Positions 1 through 9,888 of a DNA stretch of 64,000 bases are shown here, piece after piece. This DNA comes from an uncultured Pseudomonadales bacterium (GTDB lineage: Bacteria > Patescibacteriota > Microgenomatia > UBA1400 > PJMF01), in NCBI GenBank assembly GCA_964437755.1, contig CAYTIA010000004.1, positions 11,687-75,686 on the forward strand, written 5' to 3'. Position 1 is the first letter of the stretch. Every line of letters starts with the position of its first letter. The notes under the pieces were generated by a model. It saw nothing but the letters and a program-made list of their open reading frames with translations, was not told where the DNA came from and ran no database searches. Made by a program: the position numbers and the translations under genes.

Positions 1-205
1 GATGACTTAAATTCTGAACAGCCAACTCAACTAAAGTTCTATCAGCAATTCTCCGTAAACCTGCTAAAAGAGAGTAGGGGGGAGCTAAAACTACTTTCGC
101 ATCAATGCGGAAGCTATCTAAATATCCCTCAACAGAAGCAGCCCAATCTTTAGCGGTTTGGAGATTGTGATTTGATTTCCAGTTAGCAATAATGAGTTTT
201 GTCAT
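1..205 (-). CDS. tpiA: triosephosphate isomerase, N-terminal part (runs off window edge)
   Basis: Not in ORF track. Manual translation from ATG at 205: MTKLIIANWKSNHNLQ...VVLAPPYSLL...LAVQNLSH, matching the TIM motifs ANWK, APP and QN. Confidence 0.93.
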   Translation of the reverse strand, partial: MTKLIIANWKSNHNLQTAKDWAASVEGYLDSFRIDAKVVLAPPYSLLAGLRRIADRTLVELAVQNLSH

Positions 206-295
206 AATCTAGACAACAAATTTATACACAAGGATCTTCTTAGTAGAAGTTTACCTCTTAGTATAACAATCAAAAGATTATGCTACTATAAGCGA

Positions 296-2269
296 ATGTC
301 AGTTGTTTCTGATTACATCAACCAGCTCAACCAAAATCAGCAGCAAGCTGTGTTGCATTCAAAAGGTCCTGCTGTAGTTTTAGCTGGAGCAGGTTCTGGA
401 AAAACTAGAGTTTTAACTACCCACGCCGCTTGGTTAACACAAGAACAAAATCTCTCACCAGATCGAATCTTACTCGTCACCTTTACCAACAAAGCTGCGG
501 GAGAAATGAATCAAAGAATCCAGACTCTTACCAACACACAGCTTCCTTTTTCTGGAACTTTTCATAGTTTTTGTGCTCGAGTTTTAAGAAAAGAGGGGGT
601 GAACATTGACCTACAACCAAACTACTTAATCTTCGATAGCAGTGATCAAGCAACTCTAATGCGCCAGATCTTTAAAGACAAAAATATTGATACTCAACGC
701 TATAAACCAAATGCTGTTCGTTCTATTATTTCTCAAGCAAAAAACAATTTATTAGATGTAGATGAGTTTGAAGAACAAGCTGACGATGAGTATCAAATAA
801 AAATAGCTCAACTTTATAGAGAATATCAGCGTAGATTACTTAAGCAAAACGCTGTAGATTTTGATGACTTATTGATACACTCAGTCACTCTTTTCACTCA
901 TTTTCCAAATGTTTTAGATAAATTTCAAGATCAATTTTCTCATGTGCTAATAGATGAGTATCAAGATACCAATAAAGCTCAATACAAGCTTACTAAACTG
1001 TTAGCTCAACCTCAAAATAATATTTATGTTGTTGGAGACTTTTCTCAAAGTATTTATGCCTGGCGAGGAGCAGATTATAAGAATCTGCTATATCTTAAAC
1101 AAGACTACGAAAAAATTGCTGAGTACAAGCTAGAACAAAACTATCGTTCAACCGAGCCAATCTTAAAAGCAGCCACAAGATTAATCAGTGCCAACACCAC
1201 TCATCCCATATTAAAATTATGGACCAATGACAAATCGGGTGACCCGATCACAATTATTGAGTGTAGTTCTGGCGAAGGTGAGGCCGAAGCCATTCTCTTA
1301 AAAATAAAAAAGCTTTCACAAGAGTACCAATATCAGGACTTTGCCATTCTTTATCGAACCAACGCCCAATCAAGAGCCTTTGAAGAACAGTTTATTCGCC
1401 AGGGTATTCCCTATCAAATCATTGGTGGTTTTAAGTTCTATGAGAGAACAGAGATTAAGGATGCGCTAGCATACCTACGTCTGTCCATTAACCCCCTTGA
1501 CACAGTTAGTTTTGAAAGGGCAGAGAAACTAGGAAAGCGTCGTTTGGCAAAATTTCGAAACTGGTTAGATAAGTTCAAGCCTGAACAAATAGGAGCTATT
1601 AGTCCTTTCGAGCTTCTTGAGCAGATACTTAAAGCAACAAACTATCTTGAAAAATATGACCAAAAAGATCCTGAAGATCAAGATCGGCTTGAAAATATTA
1701 GGGAGTTACTAAGTGTAGCTTCTCAATTTGAGGATATAATTCTTTTTTTAGAAAATATAAGTTTAGTCCAAGATGAACAACTTAAAGATCTCCCTGTTGG
1801 AGAACAAAACAACAAAGTATCTTTAATGAGCTTACACTCAGCTAAAGGACTTGAATTTCCAGTAGTTTTTATGGTTGGTATGGAAGAAGGGCTTCTGCCT
1901 CACAGCTTATCACTCTTTGAAAAAGACCAAATTGAGGAGGAACGACGCCTGTGCTATGTTGGCATTACTAGAGCCAAAGAAAAATTAATTCTAAGTTATG
2001 CTCAAAACAGATGGCTTTATGGTCGATCGGCTCAATCAAAGCCCAGTAGATTTTTATCGCAAATTCCAAGTGAGATTGTGATTAAAAATGAGCATATCTC
2101 ATTTTATGAAACCAATCATCAAAATAAATCAGAGTGGAGCCATACCAAATTCAATCAAAATTTTAATAAAAAAACTCCGAAAAAATATCGTCTTGGAATT
2201 GAGGTCAGTGAAAAAGAGTTAGATGATTTACTTAATGATAAACTTGATATTGATGATTTCTTAAGTTAA
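296..2269 (+). CDS. pcrA: UvrD/PcrA ATP-dependent DNA helicase
   Basis: AGAGSGKT Walker A, TFTNKAA, DEYQDTN, QNYRS, HSAKGLEF, EERRLCYVGITRA. Confidence 0.96.
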   Translation: MSVVSDYINQLNQNQQQAVLHSKGPAVVLAGAGSGKTRVLTTHAAWLTQEQNLSPDRILLVTFTNKAAGEMNQRIQTLTNTQLPFSGTFHSFCARVLRKEGVNIDLQPNYLIFDSSDQATLMRQIFKDKNIDTQRYKPNAVRSIISQAKNNLLDVDEFEEQADDEYQIKIAQLYREYQRRLLKQNAVDFDDLLIHSVTLFTHFPNVLDKFQDQFSHVLIDEYQDTNKAQYKLTKLLAQPQNNIYVVGDFSQSIYAWRGADYKNLLYLKQDYEKIAEYKLEQNYRSTEPILKAATRLISANTTHPILKLWTNDKSGDPITIIECSSGEGEAEAILLKIKKLSQEYQYQDFAILYRTNAQSRAFEEQFIRQGIPYQIIGGFKFYERTEIKDALAYLRLSINPLDTVSFERAEKLGKRRLAKFRNWLDKFKPEQIGAISPFELLEQILKATNYLEKYDQKDPEDQDRLENIRELLSVASQFEDIILFLENISLVQDEQLKDLPVGEQNNKVSLMSLHSAKGLEFPVVFMVGMEEGLLPHSLSLFEKDQIEEERRLCYVGITRAKEKLILSYAQNRWLYGRSAQSKPSRFLSQIPSEIVIKNEHISFYETNHQNKSEWSHTKFNQNFNKKTPKKYRLGIEVSEKELDDLLNDKLDIDDFLS

Positions 2270-2353
2270 CACTTTTTAAAAAAACTTATAAACTCCAACT
2301 GACAAACTTCATCAACTACTCTATAATAAATCTCTAGCATTAATACTATCCCT

Positions 2354-3394
2354 ATGCTTATTCGACCAATTCGCCTTGAAGAAAAAGAGCTTTATGACAG
2401 TGTGGCTAAACATCCAGTACAATCGTGGCAGTGGGGAGTTTTTCAACAACAGCAAGGGAAAAAGGTTGAAAGAGTAGGTTTTTTCGAAAACGGCAAAATA
2501 CAAGAAGTTTTACAGGTATTTTTTAAACCAATTCCAAAATTTCCCCAATATACAATCGGTTATTGTCCAAGAGCCTTTGCTCCAAATAAAGACCAATTAT
2601 CAGCACTAACCGAACTAGGCAAACAACAGAATGCAGTTTTTATTAGACTTGAACCTGATGTGAGTGTTCCCATAACCAATAGAGCCAAGCTCAAACCTAC
2701 TATCGAGCTTCTACTAGAAAATAACTGCCAGCTTGGTAAACCGTTTTTTTATCAACACACTTATGTTGTTGATCTCTCTCAGACTCAAGAACAACTATTT
2801 TCAAATTTAAAAAGTAAAACTCGCTACAACGTTAGATTAGCAATTAAAAAAGGCGTAAAAATTGTTGAAGACTCATCAAAAAGTGGCCTAAAAACATACC
2901 TAGAAATACTTAGTAAAACCCTTCAAAGAAAAGGTTTTTATTTACACTCTCCTGAATATTTCAAGCAAATGTGGGAATTATTAGCCAACTCAGACATGTA
3001 TCACTTATTCCACGCCGTTTATGATGACACTCCTTTAGTATCTTGGATCATGTTTAAGTGGAAAGACAAAATATATTATCCATATGGGGCATCACTTGAT
3101 TTACATAAAGAAACAATGGCTAGCAATTTAATGATGTGGGAAATGATTACCTGGGCAAAGAGTGAAGGTGCGAAAGTGTTTGACATGTGGGGTTCACTTG
3201 GTTCAAAACCTGATCAAAAAAGTCCATGGTACGGATTCCATAAATTTAAAGAGGGCTACGGCGCAGAGTTAATGAAGTTTGTGGGAACATTTGATCTTGT
3301 TCTTAAACAACCTCATTATAAAATCTTTAGAACTGCAGATGATTTCAGATGGAAAATACTTAGAATTAAAACTAAACTCGGATTATCAAAATAA
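2354..3394 (+). CDS. FemABX/MurM-family peptidoglycan peptidyltransferase
   Basis: HPVQSWQWG, KTRYNVRLAIKKGV, YPYGAS, FDMWG, GFHKFKEGYG motifs. Confidence 0.88.
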   Translation: MLIRPIRLEEKELYDSVAKHPVQSWQWGVFQQQQGKKVERVGFFENGKIQEVLQVFFKPIPKFPQYTIGYCPRAFAPNKDQLSALTELGKQQNAVFIRLEPDVSVPITNRAKLKPTIELLLENNCQLGKPFFYQHTYVVDLSQTQEQLFSNLKSKTRYNVRLAIKKGVKIVEDSSKSGLKTYLEILSKTLQRKGFYLHSPEYFKQMWELLANSDMYHLFHAVYDDTPLVSWIMFKWKDKIYYPYGASLDLHKETMASNLMMWEMITWAKSEGAKVFDMWGSLGSKPDQKSPWYGFHKFKEGYGAELMKFVGTFDLVLKQPHYKIFRTADDFRWKILRIKTKLGLSK

Positions 3395-3411
3395 ACAAAA
3401 GGAGTTGAAAA

Positions 3412-4152
3412 ATGCCAAATAAAAAATTTAATCGCATCTTGCTTAAGGTTGGCGGAGAGTCAATGATGGGAAAAAATGAGTATGGCATCGATCCCGATGC
3501 TGCTCAAACAATTGCTCAAAAAATTAAGAACATTTATACCAAGCATGTTCAAATAGCCATTGTTATTGGAGGCGGAAATATTTTTCGTGGACTTGCTGGT
3601 TCAAAAAGAGGCATAGATCGAGCCACTGCTGACTACATGGGGATGTTAGCAACTGTAATGAATGGCCTAGCCCTTCAAGATGCGCTTGAATCAGCGCAAA
3701 TTCCAAGTAGGTTGCAATCGGCCCTATCAATGCCAGCAGTAGCTGAGCCATTTATTCGCAGAAAAGCTATTCGGCATATGGAAAAGGGAAGAGTAGTCAT
3801 CTTAAGTGCTGGTACGGGTATGCCCTATGTTACCACTGATACCGGAGCTGCTCTTCATGCGCTAGAACTTCACTGTGACGTACTAATCAAAGCCACAAAA
3901 GTTGATGGTGTCTTTGATAAAGATCCAATGAAATATCCTGATGCAAAAAGATACAAAACTCTTAGATATGAGGATGCAATTTCCAATGATGAAATTCAGG
4001 TAATGGATACTTCTGCGCTTGCAATGTCAAAAGAAAACAACATGCCTGTAATGGTTTTTGAACTATTCAAAGGAGATAATCTGGAAAGAGCCGTTGAAGG
4101 TGAGAGTATTGGAACCTATGTTGCCAACGATGTTGAAACTGCTCTTGCCTAA
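3412..4152 (+). CDS. pyrH: UMP kinase
   Basis: RILLKVGGE, GGGNIFRG, DYMGMLAT, TTDT, KVDGVFDKDP. Confidence 0.97.
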   Translation: MPNKKFNRILLKVGGESMMGKNEYGIDPDAAQTIAQKIKNIYTKHVQIAIVIGGGNIFRGLAGSKRGIDRATADYMGMLATVMNGLALQDALESAQIPSRLQSALSMPAVAEPFIRRKAIRHMEKGRVVILSAGTGMPYVTTDTGAALHALELHCDVLIKATKVDGVFDKDPMKYPDAKRYKTLRYEDAISNDEIQVMDTSALAMSKENNMPVMVFELFKGDNLERAVEGESIGTYVANDVETALA

Positions 4153-4197
4153 AGATAGAATAATCTCAAATATTGAATATTAAATTATCCTGCCAAA

Positions 4198-5256
4198 ATG
4201 AAACAAACAAAATCATTCGCTATTAATGGCTTTGGTCGAATCGGTCGCACCGCTTTTCGCATTTGGTGGCAAAGCTATCGAAAAGATCTCAATCTTGTTG
4301 CTATTAATACCTCGGGCTCAATATCTCTTGAAGGATGGGTTCATCTGTTAAAACGTGACACAAACTACGGATTCTTTGACCCAGGAATCTCCTACGAAGA
4401 GCATCAAACAAATAAAGAAGTCACTGATAATGACCCATTACTTGGAACCATCTCAATAGGAGATCATAAAATTGCAGTTACCGCTCAAAAAGATCCCTCA
4501 AAACTTTCATGGAAAAAATATGGTGCTGAGATAATAATGGAGGCAACAGGAAAATTTTTAAAAACAGAGGATGCTGGACTTCATCTTAAAGCCGGGGCAA
4601 AAAAAGTCTTGTTAACTGCGCCAGCTAAAAGCCCTGAAATAAGTACCTCGGTTATCGGAGTTAATCAACTAGATTTCTCTCAAGATATTTTTTCCAACGC
4701 TTCTTGTACCACAAACTGTATCTCTCCAATAGTTAAAATAATAGGCGATAAAATTGGTATTGAAAAGGCAATTCTTACAACCATTCATGCCTACACTGAC
4801 AGCCAAAACTTATTAGACAACTCCAATAAAGACTTAAGAGCAGCAAGAGCAGCAGCACTAAATCTAATTCCCTCAAGCACCGGAGCTGCAAAAGCCACTA
4901 CAAAAATCATTCCTGAATTAAAAGACTTGTTTGACGGCATGGCTGTACGAGTACCAACACCAACAGGTTCATTGGCTGATATAGTTTTTGTCACCAAAAG
5001 AGAAACAACCAAAGAAGAAGTCAACAACATCTTGACTCAAGAAGCTAATAGTTCTCGTTATCGTGGAATTATTGCCGTGAGCAACGAACCGCTAGTATCA
5101 AGTGATATTGTTGGAAGAAGTGAGTCATCAATTGTTGATCTAGATTTAACTCAAGTGGTTGGTGGCAATTTACTCAAGATCATCGCTTGGTACGACAACG
5201 AGTGGGGCTATTGCGCCAGATTATTAGACCAACTCTGTTTGATTCCAACAGAATAA
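4198..5256 (+). CDS. gap: glyceraldehyde-3-phosphate dehydrogenase type I
   Basis: INGFGRIGR, ASCTTNC, RVPT, WYDNEWGY. Confidence 0.97.
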   Translation: MKQTKSFAINGFGRIGRTAFRIWWQSYRKDLNLVAINTSGSISLEGWVHLLKRDTNYGFFDPGISYEEHQTNKEVTDNDPLLGTISIGDHKIAVTAQKDPSKLSWKKYGAEIIMEATGKFLKTEDAGLHLKAGAKKVLLTAPAKSPEISTSVIGVNQLDFSQDIFSNASCTTNCISPIVKIIGDKIGIEKAILTTIHAYTDSQNLLDNSNKDLRAARAAALNLIPSSTGAAKATTKIIPELKDLFDGMAVRVPTPTGSLADIVFVTKRETTKEEVNNILTQEANSSRYRGIIAVSNEPLVSSDIVGRSESSIVDLDLTQVVGGNLLKIIAWYDNEWGYCARLLDQLCLIPTE

Positions 5257-5294
5257 TTGAAAAGTCCTGCCAAAGATTTTTTTAAACATTTGAT

Positions 5295-6386
5295 ATGACA
5301 AAGCTTATCCACACTGCTGATGTTCATCTTAGAGAGTATCAAGATTATCGTTGGCAAGCTCTTGAGGAAATACTAAACACTGCAAAACTAAAACAGGCTG
5401 ACCTACTTACCATATCTGGTGATCTCTTTGATCAAGATTCAGCCTCACAACAACTTAGAGAAAAAGTTCGTGCTTTATTTTCTAAATATGATCTTCAGAT
5501 CGTAATTCTTCCTGGCAACCATGATGTTAATTCATATAATTCTGGAGAGTATTATGGAGAAAATGTCCACACAATTATCAATGCTAACGAACAAAATCAG
5601 AAATTATTTTCATTCAAGGATATCTCTATTGCAGGAATTCCTTTTGCTCAAATCACCAAAGAACAGTTAATTAACAAAATACAGGGTATCAATCAAAGTT
5701 TTGAGGACAATCAAACAAACATCTTGTTAATCCACGGCGAATTAACCGACCTATTTTTTGATAGCTATGACTTTGGAAACGAAGGTGACAAGAGATACCT
5801 ACCTTTTTCACTCAATCTGTTTGCTAATTCAAAAATTGATTATGTTCTAGCAGGACATTTTCACACAAAATTTCACTTAAAAAAAATATCAAATACAAGA
5901 TTAAAAAACGGAGGTTTTTTTATTTATCCAGGATCACCGGCATCAATTACTACGCGAGAGACTGGCTTGCGCTCAGTTGCTCTCATTCAACCAAATCACT
6001 CACCAGAACAGATCGCTATTGATTCCCATTACTATTTGCCAATCGAGATTTCTCTTCAACCTGAAGATGATAATAAGATCGTATTTGAAATCGAAGATAA
6101 ATTAAAAAAATTACCAAAAAACTGTGATGCAATTTTAAATATTGGTGGATTCTTTAATAAAGAAAAGCTAGGATTTTCTGAGACAGAACTTTTCCAAAAA
6201 ATTAAATCAATTTCTGATAATCATAAAGCTATTTTTAGCGATGAGTCGTTTACCGCAAAAGAGATTGGTTCAGTTTTTTCAAGTTCTTTATATCAAGAAA
6301 TATCAACTAGAATTGATCAAGAGGAGTTAGATTCTGATACTAAAAAGGTGCTTTCGGAAGAATTAATTAATGCGCTAACCACTTAA
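5295..6386 (+). CDS. Mre11/SbcD-like metallophosphoesterase (YhaO-like)
   Basis: HTADVH, SGDLFD, PGNHD, LIHG, AGHFH, YPGSP motifs. Confidence 0.9.
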   Translation: MTKLIHTADVHLREYQDYRWQALEEILNTAKLKQADLLTISGDLFDQDSASQQLREKVRALFSKYDLQIVILPGNHDVNSYNSGEYYGENVHTIINANEQNQKLFSFKDISIAGIPFAQITKEQLINKIQGINQSFEDNQTNILLIHGELTDLFFDSYDFGNEGDKRYLPFSLNLFANSKIDYVLAGHFHTKFHLKKISNTRLKNGGFFIYPGSPASITTRETGLRSVALIQPNHSPEQIAIDSHYYLPIEISLQPEDDNKIVFEIEDKLKKLPKNCDAILNIGGFFNKEKLGFSETELFQKIKSISDNHKAIFSDESFTAKEIGSVFSSSLYQEISTRIDQEELDSDTKKVLSEELINALTT

Positions 6387-8753
6387 ATGAAGATTAAGCA
6401 ACTAGACATAAAAAATTATGGTCCGCTTGTTAATAAGAAGTATCAATTTTCTAGTGGATTTAATCTTTTCTTCGGCGAGAATGAACAAGGAAAAAGCCTA
6501 ACCTTTGATGCTCTAATAAAACTCCTTTTTGGAAAATATAGTAAGAAGTTTACTCAGATTAATAGGGTAGAGGAAGACCCAGCTTCATTTGGTGGATTTG
6601 TTACCGTCTCAACAATCAAAGATAATAAAGAAAAAGAGTATCGACTACAAGGAAAAACCACTCTAAGTGATCTAACAGGATTATCTGCTAACGAGTGCAA
6701 TAATATTTTTTTGATCAGAAACAGCGAGCTCTCCATAGGTCTTGATCATCAGGAACAGGATCAGTTCTATCTGTCAGTTACCGATCGACTAACAGGACTT
6801 CAAACTGAAGAGATCTCGTCAATGAAAAACAAGTTACTCAACTATGGACAGCTAACTGAAACTCATAGATTTTTAAATACTCAGGAAAGCAATAAACTTG
6901 CAGAAAGAGTTGAAAAAGCTCAGCAACTCCTTTCAACTGAAAGTAAACTCAATAAAACACTTAGTTCTCAAGGAGTAAAACAATGGCTACAACTTGAAGA
7001 AAATGAGCAATCATTTAAACAAAAAATTGAAGATATCAAAACCAAGTTAGCTCAATTTGCTTTGGCAAAAAAGGTTGAAGATTATCTCGAACAAAAAAAT
7101 TTACTTAACTCATTACAAGAAATCGAGAATAAACTCAATCCATTAGCAAACATACAACAAGAAAAATTAGACAAATTAAGATCAGCAACACAAGAGGAAA
7201 AAGGGTTAAAAATTCAACAGCAAGAACTTAAAAATGAACTCAATGGAAAACAAAAAAAGGCAGATCAAATTGAAAAAGAACTCTCAAAAATATCATTAGA
7301 AGTAACAAAAAATTCACCCATCAAAGAAGAAATTGATCGCTCTATTCAGCCTGAATCATTTCGCTTAGTTGAGCAATTAGCATCCATTCAAGCAACTCGT
7401 TACAAACCATGGAGACAATTACTTTTTCTATCAGGAGGCTTACTTTTTACTTCTTTACTCGTTCTGATTTTTCAATCACATCCAGTAATAATTTCACTAA
7501 CCATCATTTTTTTTCTAACAACTTTATTGCTCAGTTTTCATAATTTTCGTCTTATAAACAAACAACAAAAGTTTGACACAAGTTTCAATCAACTAAAATT
7601 ACAACTAAAAAAATATAATATTAAAATAAATAATCCTGATGAAATTGATGCCAAAACAACACAGCTAAAACAGATTTATAATCAATTACTTACCAAACAA
7701 TCAGTTTTAACAGTTGAGAAAAAAGCTATTAGAGATGATATTTCTGAGCTTAAAGATAAAAAACTTGCAAAAATTACTTCTCAACTCATTCAGGAACAAG
7801 AAACAATTAAACAGATTCTCCGAGAATGCTTGATTAGCTCTATGGATGAGTTAACAAAGAAATTGAATGAAAAAAATAATCTTGAGAATCAGAAGCAAAA
7901 GATTAACATTCTTTTGGAAACTAAATTAGGCAGACCTCATTTTGGCATCAGCCCAATAGATTATTTTTCTAAAAAAATTACCGAACAACCACAGCTTGAA
8001 ATAAAAGAGTCTGGAGTAAAATACGACGAGAATGAAGTCAAAAAACTTGAAGACGAACAATCAAAAACGATTGTTGAACTAGAAAACATCCAACAAAGAC
8101 TTGCCAATTTACAAGAGTTACTCAAAGACTTCCAGCGAGAAATTATCTCCATCCTTCCAACAAAAGACAGTCCCCTGATCATTGAGAACATTAATGATTT
8201 AATTCATTCAAAAAAAGAACTTGAGAGCTTTCTTAACTTTCATATAAAAAAACAAAAAAATGTAATCAAATTAATCTCAATTCTCGAAAAACTTGAATCT
8301 GAAGAAAAAGAAAAAGTAAGTCAATTTTTCGGAAAAGATAGTGCTATCAGCAATCTTTTTAGAGAAATAACTAAAGAAAAATACGTTCAAGTATATTACA
8401 ACCAAAACTCACATCAAATTATGGTTGAAAAAAGCGACCAAACCCACCTTACCGCTCAACAACTCTCATCTGGTACCTATGATCAATTATATTTAACTAT
8501 CAGACTTGGTCTTGGGAAAGCGCTACTCAAAAACAAAACTGGGTTTTTTATCATGGATGATCCATTTTTAAAATCTGATCAAGAAAGAATTAAAAATCAA
8601 TTAGAAATACTTTTGAAGATGGTGAAAGAAGGATGGCAAATTATCTATTTTTCTGCAAAAAATGAGATTGCCGAATATTTAAAAGACAAAGATATCAATC
8701 AAATAAATCTAAAAACAATTCCTGAAGATTCGTATTCCGCCAAAATGGTATAA
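6387..8753 (+). CDS. Rad50/SbcC-like coiled-coil ATPase with central hydrophobic segments (YhaN-like)
   Basis: Walker A GENEQGKS, long coiled coil, LSSG signature, IMDDPF Walker B; starts directly after the upstream TAA. Confidence 0.87.
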   Translation: MKIKQLDIKNYGPLVNKKYQFSSGFNLFFGENEQGKSLTFDALIKLLFGKYSKKFTQINRVEEDPASFGGFVTVSTIKDNKEKEYRLQGKTTLSDLTGLSANECNNIFLIRNSELSIGLDHQEQDQFYLSVTDRLTGLQTEEISSMKNKLLNYGQLTETHRFLNTQESNKLAERVEKAQQLLSTESKLNKTLSSQGVKQWLQLEENEQSFKQKIEDIKTKLAQFALAKKVEDYLEQKNLLNSLQEIENKLNPLANIQQEKLDKLRSATQEEKGLKIQQQELKNELNGKQKKADQIEKELSKISLEVTKNSPIKEEIDRSIQPESFRLVEQLASIQATRYKPWRQLLFLSGGLLFTSLLVLIFQSHPVIISLTIIFFLTTLLLSFHNFRLINKQQKFDTSFNQLKLQLKKYNIKINNPDEIDAKTTQLKQIYNQLLTKQSVLTVEKKAIRDDISELKDKKLAKITSQLIQEQETIKQILRECLISSMDELTKKLNEKNNLENQKQKINILLETKLGRPHFGISPIDYFSKKITEQPQLEIKESGVKYDENEVKKLEDEQSKTIVELENIQQRLANLQELLKDFQREIISILPTKDSPLIIENINDLIHSKKELESFLNFHIKKQKNVIKLISILEKLESEEKEKVSQFFGKDSAISNLFREITKEKYVQVYYNQNSHQIMVEKSDQTHLTAQQLSSGTYDQLYLTIRLGLGKALLKNKTGFFIMDDPFLKSDQERIKNQLEILLKMVKEGWQIIYFSAKNEIAEYLKDKDINQINLKTIPEDSYSAKMV

Positions 8754-8812
8754 TGCCACAAAATCTAGCAATTAAATCATATTTGATTTCTTAAATAGGA
8801 AAGTTTACACAA

Positions 8813-9775
8813 ATGGACAAACAACAAAAAACCACAAAAAAAACTAAGAGTAATCCTTCTCAGAACCCTCTTGATCAGTTGATTGTTGAGGATAAACAAC
8901 TCGAACTTAAACTTAGCTGGAAAAAAATCTCTCCTGTTTATCAGAAAGTCTTAAAAGATCTAAGTTCAAGTCTTAAACTTAAAGGCTTTAGAAAAGGAAA
9001 GATTCCTCTAGCTATAGCTGAAAAAGAAATAGGTCAAGAAAAAATTATTAATCAAGTTTTACAAGAACTTATTCCTGAAGCATATGGTTCTGCCATTAAG
9101 GAACTAAATCATAAACCTCTTACTACTCCTGAATTCCAAGCTATTAGTATTAACAAAGATAATGATTGGATTATTAAAGCGTACTTTTCAGAAAGTCCAG
9201 AAATTGATCTAAAAAATTATAAGAAAATAGCTAAAGAAGCAAAGAAAGTTGCTCAGGAAGAAATTAAAAAGTCAGAAGCAGAAAATAAAAAAAATAAAAC
9301 ATCGAAAAAAAGCAAAGATGACTCTGCTAAAAAAATTGAAAATTTAACAGATAATCAAAAAAAAGACGCTATTCTTCAAGCTATTATCGCCAAGCTAGTT
9401 GAAAAAATTAAACCAACCATTCCTAGACTTCTTCTTAAACAATCAGCTGAAAGAGAGATGGATAGCTTTATTAAAAGACTTGAATCTTTAAAAATTGACC
9501 TAGATACATTCTTGAATTCAAGACAGATGACACAGGAACAACTTTCTTCCCAGATCATGATTTCTACATTGAATCAATTGCAGGTGGAGTTTTTACTTAA
9601 GGCTATTGGAGAGCAAGAAAAGCTTGAGATCAGCGATCAGGAGGTTAGCTCCACTATAGAAGCCACTGAAGATGAAAAAGTGAAGGCTCAAATGAAAACA
9701 GACGAGTCTTATCAATCATATCTCAAGCAAATGTTGCTTAAACAGAAAGTGTTAGAACTAATATTTGATCTTTAA
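8813..9775 (+). CDS. tig: trigger factor (N and C domains, no FKBP domain)
   Basis: GFRKGKIP ribosome-binding loop; helical C domain; Lys-rich linker where the PPIase domain normally sits. Confidence 0.88.
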   Translation: MDKQQKTTKKTKSNPSQNPLDQLIVEDKQLELKLSWKKISPVYQKVLKDLSSSLKLKGFRKGKIPLAIAEKEIGQEKIINQVLQELIPEAYGSAIKELNHKPLTTPEFQAISINKDNDWIIKAYFSESPEIDLKNYKKIAKEAKKVAQEEIKKSEAENKKNKTSKKSKDDSAKKIENLTDNQKKDAILQAIIAKLVEKIKPTIPRLLLKQSAEREMDSFIKRLESLKIDLDTFLNSRQMTQEQLSSQIMISTLNQLQVEFLLKAIGEQEKLEISDQEVSSTIEATEDEKVKAQMKTDESYQSYLKQMLLKQKVLELIFDL

Positions 9776-9802
9776 TAACTGCCCAGATCAAATGGGGACA
9801 AC

Positions 9803-9832
9803 TTACACAATTAGAAAGTCTAAGTTGTGTAA
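9803..9832. terminator. stem-loop downstream of tig (possible terminator)
   Basis: TTACACAA-TTAGA-aag-TCTAA-g-TTGTGTAA; no clear U-tract. Confidence 0.4.
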
Positions 9833-9838
9833 ATATAA

Positions 9839-9867
9839 TTGACTAAAACTCATATTAGTCCTATAAT
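9839..9867 (+). promoter_or_regulatory. sigma70-type promoter
   Basis: TTGACT-17 bp-TATAAT, ending 21 bp before the ATG at 9889. Confidence 0.75.
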
Positions 9868-9888
9868 ATGTGATATAAGTCATCTATT

